From assembly GCA_965197645.1 (NCBI GenBank), contig OZ240219.1:2144001-2208000 (forward strand): a DNA stretch of 64,000 nt, in the 5' to 3' direction. This document shows, one piece after another, positions 9,287 through 19,109 of the stretch; position 1 is the first letter of the stretch; each line of letters starts with the position of its first letter. The DNA is from Dehalococcoidia bacterium. Its GTDB lineage: Bacteria; Chloroflexota; Dehalococcoidia; Plut-88900. A program made the translations under genes and the position numbers. Under the pieces are notes generated by a model. It did not search any database and was not told the origin of the DNA. It saw nothing but the letters and a program-made list of their open reading frames with translations.

Positions 9287-11929
9287 GTGGCAGAAGAGAT
9301 TACACTAACCGTAGACGACCGGACAATCAGCGCCCAGAAGGGTCAGACGGTTATCGAGGCGGCCAGGGCGGCGGGCATCTACATCCCCTATCTGTGCTGG
9401 CACCCCACCCTCAAGGCCTTCGGCGCCTGCCGCATGTGCGTCGTCGAGGTCGAAGGCGCACGGGGCACCCCGGCCTCCTGCACCACCGACGCCGCCGACG
9501 GCATGGTGGTCAAGACCAACACCGGGATGATCAACGACATACGCCACGACATCATGGACATGGTCCTCTCCGAGCATCCCCACGGCTGCCTCACCTGCCC
9601 ACGCATCGATCACTGCGGTCCCACTGACATCTGCCTTCGTCACGCTAACGTCGTCGACCGGTGCGTTCTCTGCCCGCAGAACGAGCGTTGTGAGCTCCAG
9701 GACGTGGTCTACCACCTTCAGATGAAGGACTCGGACCTGCCTTACTCCTACCGGCACGTCCCACTCATCACCGAGAACCCTTTTATCGATCACGATATGA
9801 ACCTCTGCATCGTCTGCGGCCGGTGTGTCCGGGCCTGCAACGAGATTGAAGGAGTCGACGCTATCACCTTCATCGAGAGGGGCGACCGGACCCTCATCGG
9901 TACCTCCCTGGGAGGCACTCTCTCCGACTCCGGCTGCACCTTCTGCGGCGTTTGCGTGGATGTTTGCCCCGTTGGCGCCATCACGGAGAAGGACCACAAG
10001 TGGACCGGCGCCCCTGAGCGCTCCGTCACTACCGTTTGCTCCCAGTGCAGCGTCGGCTGTCAGTTGGAGCTGCTGGTAAAGGGCGAAAAAGTGGTCCGCT
10101 CCATCGCCGACATTGATGGGCCCGTCAACCGGGGCCAAAGCTGTGCCAAAGGCAAGTTCGGCTATCTGTTCGTCAACTCCGATCAGCGTCTAACCACTCC
10201 CCTGGTCCGGCGCGACGGGCAGCTCGTCGAGGCCTCCTGGGACGAGGCGCTGGACCTCCTCGCCGAAAAGCTGCCCCAGTACAAGGGGGAGACCTTCGGG
10301 GCCCTGGCCGCTACAACCTCCACCAACGAGGAGAACTATCTCTTCCAGAAGTTCGTCAAGTGGACTATGGACTCGCCCAACCTGGACCACGTCGACAGGT
10401 CAACCGAGTCGGCCAGCATCGAACCGTTGCGCGAGATGTTGGGCGTCCCGGCCATGACCAACAGTTTCACCGAAATGGTCGACGCCAGGTGCCTGCTGGT
10501 CGTCGGTAGCGACATGACCTCCGACCATCCCGTTGCCGCCCTGCAGATCAAGGAAGCGGTCCGCCGTGGCGCCAGCCTCATCGTCGTGGACCCCGTCGAG
10601 ACGGAGCTGGCCCAGCTTGCCACCTCCTGGCTCCGGCCCAGCCCTGGCACCGAGGCGGCTCTGCTCGCCGGAATGATCAAGCACATCATCGACGAAGACC
10701 TCCTGAACAGCGACTTCGTATCCCAGAACTGTGAGGGACTGGACGATCTCAAGTCCTCGCTCAGCGGCTTCTCCCTCGATGAAATCGAGAAAACCACGGG
10801 GGTCTCTACCGACAAGATAACGGATGCTGCCAAGAACTACTCCGACCAAGACCCAGCCGCCATCTTCTACGCTACGACCCACCTGTCCCCCGGCACCGGA
10901 CCCGACGTGGCCAAGGCCTTGGTCAACCTCGCCCTGTTGACCGGCAATCTTGGCAAGCCCGCCTCTGGTGTGAATCCCCTGCGCTCCGATAGCAACAGCC
11001 AGGGCACCGTCGACGTTGGTTGCGTCACCGGTGCTTCAGGCTTGGGCTACTCGCAGATGATGGAGGCCGCTCGAAATGGTCGGGTTAAGGCGATGTATAT
11101 CGTCGGAGACAGCCAGTGTACGGAGTCTCCCATAGACCTCGAAGCCCTCGATAACCTGGAGTTCCTGGTTGTCCAGGACATGTTCCTCACCGAGGCCGCC
11201 AGCCGGGCTCATGTCGTCCTGCCCTCCGCCTCGGCCTCCGAGAAAGACGGGACCTTCACTAACGCCGAGCGGCGAGTCCAACGGGTGAACAGGGCCGTCG
11301 ATCCGCCAGGCGAAGCCCGTTCCGGCCTGCACATCATATGCGACATTGCGGTGCGCCTGGGCGCCATGAGCTACGCCAACCTCGATCCGGCCCAGGTCAT
11401 AGAAGAGATCGCCAACCAGACGCCCTCCTACGCCGGCGTCCGTCACGATCGATTGGGACTGGCAGGTCTTCAAGTCCCCTGCCCATCCATCGACCATCCG
11501 GGTACTCCCATTCTTCACTCCGATGGCATCGCCAGGGGCAAGGGTCTTCTGTCGCCGGTGACCCACACGCCGTCAACCGCCGCTGCCGACTCCGAATACC
11601 CGCTAACTATCATCACGTCGATGATGCGGGAGATCAAGGGCGTGATCGAGCTCAACGGCGAGATAGTAGCAACCCTGCACCCAGAGGACGCCGCGCCTCT
11701 GGGTCTGACGGACGAAGACCAGGTTGAGATCATCACCGCCAGCGGCGCCGTCAGGGCCAAGCCCCGGGTCAGCCCAGACTCCGCCAAGGGGACGGTGTTC
11801 CTCCTCTACCCCCACACCGAGACGCTGGTCCAAACCCTATACAACACTCCCGCCGGCCCTACGTGGGACCCTGCCTCCCTAAACTTCACCGGGGCCAAAG
11901 CCGTCAAACTCTCTCCGGTTCCTGCCTAG
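9287..11929 (+). CDS. NuoG/formate dehydrogenase alpha-like Fe-S protein, molybdopterin-oxidoreductase fold, catalytic ligand absent
   Basis: GACRMC 2Fe-2S, HxxxCxxC, CIVCGRC, CTFCGVC, CSQCSVGC..C, EKDGTFTNAERRVQ. Confidence 0.85.
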   Translation: MAEEITLTVDDRTISAQKGQTVIEAARAAGIYIPYLCWHPTLKAFGACRMCVVEVEGARGTPASCTTDAADGMVVKTNTGMINDIRHDIMDMVLSEHPHGCLTCPRIDHCGPTDICLRHANVVDRCVLCPQNERCELQDVVYHLQMKDSDLPYSYRHVPLITENPFIDHDMNLCIVCGRCVRACNEIEGVDAITFIERGDRTLIGTSLGGTLSDSGCTFCGVCVDVCPVGAITEKDHKWTGAPERSVTTVCSQCSVGCQLELLVKGEKVVRSIADIDGPVNRGQSCAKGKFGYLFVNSDQRLTTPLVRRDGQLVEASWDEALDLLAEKLPQYKGETFGALAATTSTNEENYLFQKFVKWTMDSPNLDHVDRSTESASIEPLREMLGVPAMTNSFTEMVDARCLLVVGSDMTSDHPVAALQIKEAVRRGASLIVVDPVETELAQLATSWLRPSPGTEAALLAGMIKHIIDEDLLNSDFVSQNCEGLDDLKSSLSGFSLDEIEKTTGVSTDKITDAAKNYSDQDPAAIFYATTHLSPGTGPDVAKALVNLALLTGNLGKPASGVNPLRSDSNSQGTVDVGCVTGASGLGYSQMMEAARNGRVKAMYIVGDSQCTESPIDLEALDNLEFLVVQDMFLTEAASRAHVVLPSASASEKDGTFTNAERRVQRVNRAVDPPGEARSGLHIICDIAVRLGAMSYANLDPAQVIEEIANQTPSYAGVRHDRLGLAGLQVPCPSIDHPGTPILHSDGIARGKGLLSPVTHTPSTAAADSEYPLTIITSMMREIKGVIELNGEIVATLHPEDAAPLGLTDEDQVEIITASGAVRAKPRVSPDSAKGTVFLLYPHTETLVQTLYNTPAGPTWDPASLNFTGAKAVKLSPVPA

Positions 11930-11942
11930 CTTACTTTCGACC

Positions 11943-12060
11943 ATCCCCCTAACCCCCTTCCTGCCAGGAAGGGGGTAACAGATAGTTTCCGAGGGACACC
12001 CCTTCGGCTGGCTCAGGGCAGACTCCCGGCCTCCGGCAGGCAGTCCCAGAAATACACCTT
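11943..12060. repeat. Intergenic palindromic REP/MITE-like repeat (family C)
   Basis: CCCCCTTCCTGCCAGGAAGGGGG hairpin plus GAGGGACACCCCTTCGGCTGGCTCAGGGCAG; similar to 52735-53015, 62330-62378 and 62684-62780. Confidence 0.7.
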
Positions 12061-12202
12061 CGCCTGTCTGCATACCCCATATGTCTTCAGCCTGCTTTGG
12101 ATGTACTAGACATAAGAGGCAGCAATGTCGATGAAAAGCAGTGGGGGCCGTCCTTCCCGGGAAGGACGGCCCCCAATCGATTACCCATGAACGAAGGTAA
12201 GG

Positions 12203-13384
12203 CTAGTATGCGCTCCGCTTCGTAATGGGGATCTTCACGTATGGCTGGTTCTTCGACGGGTCGATCGGCCGGCGCTCGATGAACGCCATCCGCCGTTCCT
12301 TGCACTCCTCTTCCGCATTGTAGTTGGGTATGTGCCTCTCCACGGGACCCTGATCGGGGAAGATGAAGTCGTCGTGCTCATTGTAAGAGATCTTCTGCAT
12401 CTGCAGAATCACCGGGCTCACGTTCTTGATGAGGCCGATCCACCGGTCAACCTCGTCCCATAGCTCATCCGGCTCGACGACCTTGTTCACCAGCCCCATC
12501 TGGAACGCCTCTTCGGCCGTATACTGCTGGCACACCATCCATATCTCCCGTGCCCGCTTCTGTCCCACCCGGGCCGCCAGCATCGCTACGCCGTGCCCCG
12601 CAGCCGGGCTTCCTACTCTCGGCCCCGTCTGCCCGAACCGAGACTTGGTCGTCGCTATGGTGTAATCCGCGGTGTAGCCCAGGATGTTTCCAGAGCCGAT
12701 GGCGTAGCCGTCCACCGCGGCGATCACCGGCTGAGGCATCTGCCGCATCACGTCCTCGTATCCAATTTCCGCTGTGCCCGCGTACTCCCCCACCTCCGCG
12801 TCCGGGTCGTAGCTCTGGTCGTTCCCGGTGCAGAAACCGTTGGGCCCCGCGCCGTGGACCACCAGCACGCGGATCGAGCTGTCCTGGGAGCAGTCCCACA
12901 TAGCGTGGGCCATCTGGTCCATGGTGATGCCCCGCTTGGCGTTGTAGGTCTCCGGCCGGTTGATCAACAGCCAGGCCACACCGTCGTCCTTTTCGTAGAC
13001 AATATCCGAGTAGTTGTTGGAATCGAACACCGATGCCTTGTAGCCGCTGAACTTCTGATCGATCATGTCCACGGCGCCGTGGGCCACCTGGATCAGCTCC
13101 GCCGTGGAGTAGTCTCCCTGGACCGGGCCGCTGATGTTGTCGCTGCCCAGTTCAGCATCGATGCCACCCCGAGCCGCCAGCCACCGTGCGTAGCCCCTGG
13201 TGAAGTCGTGCACCGCGGCGCAGGCTCCGTGGGAAAAATCGATCCGCTGGCCCGTGGATGAGTTGTCCACCGTGAGGTTGAAGCCTGCTCGCCCTCCTCC
13301 CGAAGGCGTCTTGAGGCCCAGGTTTAACCGGACGCCCGCCGGTTCGTAGTTGATTCCCGTCTCGAACTGAATTTCGCCTGACAT
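12203..13384 (-). CDS. Crotonase-family enoyl-CoA hydratase/hydrolase, MenB/BadI-like, with an extra N-terminal domain
   Basis: INRPETYNA, FCTGNDQ, AAVDGYAIG, FGQTGPRVGS, GQKRAREIW; RBS GGGAGGAG before the ATG at 13384. Confidence 0.8.
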   Translation of the reverse strand: MSGEIQFETGINYEPAGVRLNLGLKTPSGGGRAGFNLTVDNSSTGQRIDFSHGACAAVHDFTRGYARWLAARGGIDAELGSDNISGPVQGDYSTAELIQVAHGAVDMIDQKFSGYKASVFDSNNYSDIVYEKDDGVAWLLINRPETYNAKRGITMDQMAHAMWDCSQDSSIRVLVVHGAGPNGFCTGNDQSYDPDAEVGEYAGTAEIGYEDVMRQMPQPVIAAVDGYAIGSGNILGYTADYTIATTKSRFGQTGPRVGSPAAGHGVAMLAARVGQKRAREIWMVCQQYTAEEAFQMGLVNKVVEPDELWDEVDRWIGLIKNVSPVILQMQKISYNEHDDFIFPDQGPVERHIPNYNAEEECKERRMAFIERRPIDPSKNQPYVKIPITKRSAY

Positions 13385-13540
13385 TGCTCTCCTCCCTAAC
13401 CGTTTAGAGTTGGACCTTGGCAGGCTCGAAACCGTTGCCGAGACCGCCTGATTCGCACTGGATGATACCACGATGCAGATGTGGAAGATAAGCCGATTCG
13501 CCGGTTATAATCATCCCAACTCTCCCGATAGAGGCGTCAC

Positions 13541-14638
13541 ATGGAACGACCCATCTTTAAACCAGTCGGCACCCCGTCTGTACAGCTCGACACACCGGCC
13601 CTCGTGGTCGACCTTGATCTTCTCGACCGGAATATCGGCACAGTCCATTCCTTTTTCGCCGGTCGGGAAGCCAAGCTTCGACCCCACGTCGAGGCCCACC
13701 GATGCCCAACCATCGCCCACCGGCAGCTGGCCGCCGAAGGCACTGCAGGCGGCATTACTGTCAACACGATAGGTCAGGCCGAGCACTTCGCCGGTGCAGG
13801 CTTCCCGGATATCTTCATTGCCAGCCCGGTGGTCACCGGCGCAAAGATCCAACGACTCTGTTCTCTGGCGAATCGTTGCCGGGTCACCGTCGCTGCTGAC
13901 AACCCTCAGAACGTCAACGATCTCTCCGAGGCCGCTTCCCGGGCCGGCGCTACCCTCGACGTACTGGTCGACGTCAACACCCGACTCGATCGTGGCGGCG
14001 TAGAGCCCGGCCAACCCTCCGTTGACCTGGCGTCCTTGGCATCCAAAGCCGAAGGTCTCCACTTCTCGGGACTGACCACCTACGAAGGCACTATCTTCGA
14101 TGATGTGGCCACCGAGACCCGCAAGGCCCTTCAACCTCTCCTTGATACCCGGGAGACGGTGGAAAGGGCCGGACTCGACGTAGAAGTGGTGAGTGCCGGT
14201 GGCACCCACAACTATGAGGTGGTAGGAGACATGTCCGGCATCACCCAGGTCCCCGCCGGCTCCTACGCCCTGCTGGACCAGCGATACCGCTCCTTCCTTC
14301 CCCAGCTTCAGCCCGCCGCCAGGGTGCTGGCCACCGTCACCAGCCGGCCGGAGCCCACCGTCGTTATCACCGATACCGGTCAGAAAGCCATCGGCGCCGA
14401 CGGCGGCGAGCCGGTGGTCGAAGGTCTCCCCGGCGCCACGATAGCCGGCCTCAGCGCTGAGCACGGAAACCTCACCCTAGGCAGCCCCAGCTCCTCCGAG
14501 CCGGACCTGGGTGACAAGCTGTGGTTCGTACCCTGGGATATCGGGACCTGTGCCAACCTCTACGACTACATCCACGTCGTCCGCAATGATAGGCTGGAGG
14601 CCGTCTGGCAAGTCTCCGCCCGCGGCCTCTACATCTAA
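13541..14638 (+). CDS. DSD1/D-threonine aldolase-like fold-type III protein lacking the Schiff-base Lys
   Basis: LDTPALVVDLD, RPHVEAH, SAGGT, AGSY, SAEHG, NLYD. Confidence 0.8.
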   Translation: MERPIFKPVGTPSVQLDTPALVVDLDLLDRNIGTVHSFFAGREAKLRPHVEAHRCPTIAHRQLAAEGTAGGITVNTIGQAEHFAGAGFPDIFIASPVVTGAKIQRLCSLANRCRVTVAADNPQNVNDLSEAASRAGATLDVLVDVNTRLDRGGVEPGQPSVDLASLASKAEGLHFSGLTTYEGTIFDDVATETRKALQPLLDTRETVERAGLDVEVVSAGGTHNYEVVGDMSGITQVPAGSYALLDQRYRSFLPQLQPAARVLATVTSRPEPTVVITDTGQKAIGADGGEPVVEGLPGATIAGLSAEHGNLTLGSPSSSEPDLGDKLWFVPWDIGTCANLYDYIHVVRNDRLEAVWQVSARGLYI

Positions 14639-14781
14639 GAAACCGATTTCGGGGAGGGGAGTCAGCGGATGCAATCCGGAGTGGGGAATTGACCTGGGGT
14701 GGGCTGGTGTGGAAACCAAACCAAGGAACCAAACCCGAACGGCAGTGAAAGCCCTTTGCGCCATCGGGCTCCTCCGGTAAA

Positions 14782-17376
14782 ATGGTTGGCAAGGAGGCCC
14801 TCGTGGGCGCTGCACCTATCCGACGACAGTACCTCAGCATAAAACAGCAGTACCCTGACGTCATCGTCTTCTTCCGCCTCGGCGATTTCTACGAGACCTT
14901 CGACGAAGACGCCCACATCGTCTCCCGAGAGCTCAGCATCACCCTCACCTCCAGGGAGATGGGCCGCGGAAAGCGCTACCCCATGGCCGGCATCCCCCAT
15001 CACGCCCTGGACAACTACCTGGCCAAGCTGATCGACCGGGGTTACAAGGTAGCGATCTGCGAGCAGGTCGGAGAGGCTGCCTTGTCCAGGGGGCTGGTTG
15101 ATCGTGAGGTGGTCCGGGTCGTTACCCCTGGCACCGTAGTTGAGCCCGACCTCCTCGATAAGAAAGCCAACAACTACCTGGTCTCGGTCGTCGAAGACGG
15201 CGGCGAAGCCGGTATCGCCCACGCCGATATCAGTACCGGCGAGTTCAACGTCGCCCAGCTTTCCTCCACCGACGTGGCCTCAGAGTTGGGCCGGCTTCGA
15301 CCCTCTGAGCTTCTCCTGCCCCAAGGCGCCAAGGCCTCTACATCCTGGCCTTCAGCCCTTGTTACCAACCTGGAGGGCGCCATGTCCAACCGGCAGGACG
15401 CTCGTCGGACGTTGATGGACCACTTCGGCGTCCAGACCTTAGACGCCTTCGGCTGCGGGGGACTGCCCCTGGCCATACAGGCGGCCGCCGGTATCGTAGA
15501 TTACCTACGAGCCACCCAGAAGGGCGCCCTGGGGCTCCTCAACCGCCTCTCCACCTACTCTCCCGGCTCCTATATGGCGTTGGATGCCCAGACCCGACGT
15601 AACCTGGAGCTTTTTCGAAACGCCATGACCGGCGAAATCGAAGGCTCCCTCCTCTCGGTTATCGATCTGACTCGCACTCCTCTGGGGGGCCGGCTGCTGC
15701 GGCAGTGGTTGGGCCAGCCTCTCTTGGATCTCGAAGCTCTGACCCGCCGGCAGGATGCCGTCGAGGACTTTCATACCGATGCTCTCATGCGAGGCAAAGT
15801 CATCAAGCTGGTGGGACAGGTGGCCGACCTGGAGCGGCTGACCATCCGGATAGTCCGCGCAGTCGCCAACCCCAAGGAAGTGGTCACCCTCAAGCGAAGC
15901 CTGGAGCTTGTGCCCCAGGTGGTAGAAGCCATCCGGTCCGGGCCGCGCAAAGCGACCTGGCTCACCGAAGATGTCCCCGACTGCGCAGACGTCACCGCCC
16001 TTATTTCCAGGGCTCTAGTCGACGAACCCCTCACCTCTCTGGGCGAAGGTGGAGTGGTACGGCCCGGCTTCAACCCCGAGCTGGATCAGGTGCGGGAGGC
16101 CTCGACCAACGCCCGGGAGTTCATAGCCGGCCTGGAAAAGGAAGAAAAGAGGAAGACCGGCATCAAGTCGTTGCGAGTTGGCTACAACAAGGTCTTCGGA
16201 TACTACATCGAGGTCAGCAAGTCCCACGTCAACCAGGTACCCGAGGACTATCTTCGCAAGCAGACCCTGGTCAACGGCGAGCGTTACGTCACGCCCCAGC
16301 TCAAAGAATACGAGTCCCTCATCCTCAACGCCCAGGAGAGGATGGAGGGGCTGGAGACCTCCATATTCCGGCAGGTATGCAGTCAGATTGGCGATGCATC
16401 GGAGCGGATACTCAAGGTGGCCTCGGTCGCGGCCCACGTCGACCTTCTCTCCTCCCTGGCGGAGGCGGCGGCTCGATTCGATTACACCAGGCCGACCCTG
16501 ACCGACACCGACGAGCTTGCCATCCTCAACGGTCGCCATCCGGTCGTAGAGCGGGTCGTGGGTGAGGGCAGCTTCGTCGCCAACGATACCCACCTCTCCT
16601 CGAGCGACCAGCAGATCATGGTGCTGACCGGGCCCAACATGTCGGGCAAGTCGACCTATCTCCGCCAGGTGGCACTGATCGTTCTGCTGGCCCAGATCGG
16701 CAGTTTCGTTCCAGCCGATTCGGCCCGCATCGGCCTGGTGGACAGGATATTCACCCGCGTGGGCCTCCAGGATGATCTCTCCACGGGCCGCTCCACGTTC
16801 ATGGTGGAAATGGTCGAGACCGCCGGCATCCTCAACAACACCACGCCGCGATCCCTGGTGATCCTTGATGAGATCGGCCGGGGCACCAGCACCTACGATG
16901 GCATGTCAATAGCCCAGGCGGTGGTGGAGTACATCCACAACGATCCCCGCGTCTTGAGCAGGACCCTCTTCGCCACCCACTACCATGAGCTGGTAGAGCT
17001 AGCCAACGTGCTGCCGAGGATCGTCAACTACAACGTAGCCGTGGCCGAAGAGGAGGGTAAGGTGATATTCCTCCACAAGGTGGCGCCCGGCGGCGCCGAC
17101 AAGAGCTACGGCATACACGTGGCCCAGCTTGCCGGCCTGCCGCGACCCGTCATCAATCGCGCCCGCGAGGTCCTGGAGGAGCTGGAGATGGGCAACCACC
17201 ATAACAACACCTCTCCCAGGGTCAAAGCGCAGCCCGTGGAGCAGCTGCCCCTCTTTCAGCGCCGCCCGGAACTCCTCGATGAGCTGTTGGGCCTGGATAT
17301 CCCCTCCATGACCCCCCTGGAGGCTATCAACCATCTCTACCAGCTCCAGCAGAAGGCTCAGGAAAATAGCGGTTGA
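14782..17376 (+). CDS. mutS: DNA mismatch repair protein MutS
   Basis: FRLGDFYETF, TGPNMSGKST, STFMVEM, DEIGRGTST, FATHYHEL. Confidence 0.98.
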   Translation: MVGKEALVGAAPIRRQYLSIKQQYPDVIVFFRLGDFYETFDEDAHIVSRELSITLTSREMGRGKRYPMAGIPHHALDNYLAKLIDRGYKVAICEQVGEAALSRGLVDREVVRVVTPGTVVEPDLLDKKANNYLVSVVEDGGEAGIAHADISTGEFNVAQLSSTDVASELGRLRPSELLLPQGAKASTSWPSALVTNLEGAMSNRQDARRTLMDHFGVQTLDAFGCGGLPLAIQAAAGIVDYLRATQKGALGLLNRLSTYSPGSYMALDAQTRRNLELFRNAMTGEIEGSLLSVIDLTRTPLGGRLLRQWLGQPLLDLEALTRRQDAVEDFHTDALMRGKVIKLVGQVADLERLTIRIVRAVANPKEVVTLKRSLELVPQVVEAIRSGPRKATWLTEDVPDCADVTALISRALVDEPLTSLGEGGVVRPGFNPELDQVREASTNAREFIAGLEKEEKRKTGIKSLRVGYNKVFGYYIEVSKSHVNQVPEDYLRKQTLVNGERYVTPQLKEYESLILNAQERMEGLETSIFRQVCSQIGDASERILKVASVAAHVDLLSSLAEAAARFDYTRPTLTDTDELAILNGRHPVVERVVGEGSFVANDTHLSSSDQQIMVLTGPNMSGKSTYLRQVALIVLLAQIGSFVPADSARIGLVDRIFTRVGLQDDLSTGRSTFMVEMVETAGILNNTTPRSLVILDEIGRGTSTYDGMSIAQAVVEYIHNDPRVLSRTLFATHYHELVELANVLPRIVNYNVAVAEEEGKVIFLHKVAPGGADKSYGIHVAQLAGLPRPVINRAREVLEELEMGNHHNNTSPRVKAQPVEQLPLFQRRPELLDELLGLDIPSMTPLEAINHLYQLQQKAQENSG

Positions 17377-19109
17377 CCATCCAAGTCCTGGCAAGTGACC
17401 TGGCCGCCAAGATCGCCGCCGGCGAGGTGATCGAGCGGCCAGCCTCTGTGGTCAAGGAGCTGGCGGAAAACTCCCTGGACGCCGGCGCCACGCAGATATC
17501 CATCGAGGTGGAGCGGGGCGGCCTTGACCTGATAAGGGTGACCGATAACGGCCGGGGCATCCCCCGCGACGAGGTTGAGACTGCCTTCCTACGCCACGCC
17601 ACCAGCAAGCTCTCCTCCGCCGAGGAGCTGGACCGCATCCACACCCTGGGCTTCCGCGGTGAGGCCCTGCCCAGCATCGCCTCCGTCTCCCTGGTCGAGA
17701 TAGTCACCAGGGTCGAGGAGGAGAGAGCAGGTACCCGGCTTGAGCTTCGCTATGGCCGGGTAAGCAAGCAGGAATCCGCCGGCCGTCCTGCTGGCACCAC
17801 GGTATCGGTGAGGGACCTCTTCCAGAACGTGCCCGCCCGGCTCAAGTTCATAAAGTCGCCCACCACGGAGAACGGACGCATCAGCGGCCTGGTATCCAGA
17901 TTCAGCCTCGCCTATCCAGAGGTCCGTTTCAACCTGGCCATCGAGGGCCGCCAGACCCTGTCCTCCACCGGCGACGGCGACCCGCAAGTGGCCCTCTCCA
18001 GGGTATACGGAGCCGAGACCGCCGAGGCGATGATCAAGATCCATCGCTCCGATGACGGCGTTGGCGAGGTTACCGGGTTCGTCGGGCCGCCGAGCGTCAG
18101 CAGGGCCCAGCGCCGATACATCACCCTCTTCGTCAACCGACGCTGGGTGCAGGACCGGCGGCTCAACTACGCCATCGAGGAGGCCTACCAGGGCCTGCTC
18201 ATGGTCGGCCGCTATCCCATAGCCGTGCTCAACCTCTCCATCCCCGCCGGGGACATTGACGTCAACGTGCACCCGGCCAAGAGCGAGGTGAGGTTCCGCA
18301 ACGAACGAGAGGTCTTTACCCTGGTGCAGCGGGCCGTCCGGGAAGCGCTGGTAGAGACCAGCCCGGTGCCGACCCTTGGCCATTCGACGGTCGTCCCGGT
18401 CGCAACCCCGACGGGAGCGGCAGACCCAACCCCAAGTCCCCGCCCCCTCGGCTCCGATCTCCTGGGCTGGGCAAGGGGCCCTCGTCAGGTCCAGTCCGAG
18501 GAGACGCCTTCATCGCCGCCCCTGCCCCCATCCAAAGTCCTGCCTATTTTGAGGGTGGTAGGACAGGTAAGCGATACATACATAGTGACTGAAGGCCCCG
18601 ACGGCATGTATCTCGTAGATCAGCACGCCGCCCACGAACGGGTGCTCTTCGAACGAGTGCAGCGCGAGCGAAACGACCGTGCCGTCCACGCCCAGGGCCT
18701 GCTCGAGCCTTCGACGGTGGAGCTAACCCCCTCCCAGGATGGGGCCCTCGCGCCCCGGGCGGACCTGCTCAAAGACTTCGGTTTCAATCTCGAACCCTTC
18801 GGCCAGCGCAGCTACATCCTCCGCGCCGTGCCGGCCAGCCTGGCAGACAAGGGGCCCGACCGCGCCTTCCTGGACATCGTCGATTCACTGCTGGATGGGA
18901 GCGAGAAAGATAGCTGGGAGGTCCGTATCGCCAGCTCCATCGCCTGTCACAGCGCCGTCCGGGCCGGCGACACCCTGGAGCGAGAGGAGATGGACCAGCT
19001 CGTTCACATGCTGGAGGGGGCGGCCAACCCCCACACCTGCCCCCACGGCAGACCGACTATGATCCATCTCAGCTCCGACTCGCTGGAGAAGGGGTTCGGC
19101 AGGCGCTAG
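17373..19109 (+). CDS. mutL: DNA mismatch repair endonuclease MutL
   Basis: IAAGEVIERPASVVKEL, GFRGEAL, DVNVHPAK, DQHAAHER, ACH, CPHGRP. Confidence 0.98.
   Translation: MTIQVLASDLAAKIAAGEVIERPASVVKELAENSLDAGATQISIEVERGGLDLIRVTDNGRGIPRDEVETAFLRHATSKLSSAEELDRIHTLGFRGEALPSIASVSLVEIVTRVEEERAGTRLELRYGRVSKQESAGRPAGTTVSVRDLFQNVPARLKFIKSPTTENGRISGLVSRFSLAYPEVRFNLAIEGRQTLSSTGDGDPQVALSRVYGAETAEAMIKIHRSDDGVGEVTGFVGPPSVSRAQRRYITLFVNRRWVQDRRLNYAIEEAYQGLLMVGRYPIAVLNLSIPAGDIDVNVHPAKSEVRFRNEREVFTLVQRAVREALVETSPVPTLGHSTVVPVATPTGAADPTPSPRPLGSDLLGWARGPRQVQSEETPSSPPLPPSKVLPILRVVGQVSDTYIVTEGPDGMYLVDQHAAHERVLFERVQRERNDRAVHAQGLLEPSTVELTPSQDGALAPRADLLKDFGFNLEPFGQRSYILRAVPASLADKGPDRAFLDIVDSLLDGSEKDSWEVRIASSIACHSAVRAGDTLEREEMDQLVHMLEGAANPHTCPHGRPTMIHLSSDSLEKGFGRR

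Noticed and set aside
9287-11929. Formate dehydrogenase alpha, including possible selenocysteine recoding
   Set aside because: No in-frame TGA, and neither Cys nor the adjacent His is at the ligand position
12203-13384. menB
   Set aside because: Catalytic loop differs, there is an extra domain, and no men genes are nearby
13511-14464. Long antisense ORFs (also 7893-8975, 34738-35757, 49543-50664, 51042-52262, 54716-55792)
   Set aside because: Shadows of well-supported genes on the opposite strand, expected at high GC
14640-14780. G-rich stretch and GGAAACCAAACCAAGGAACCAAACC before mutS as an ncRNA
   Set aside because: Only a short imperfect tandem duplication; no recognisable RNA family or stable fold by eye
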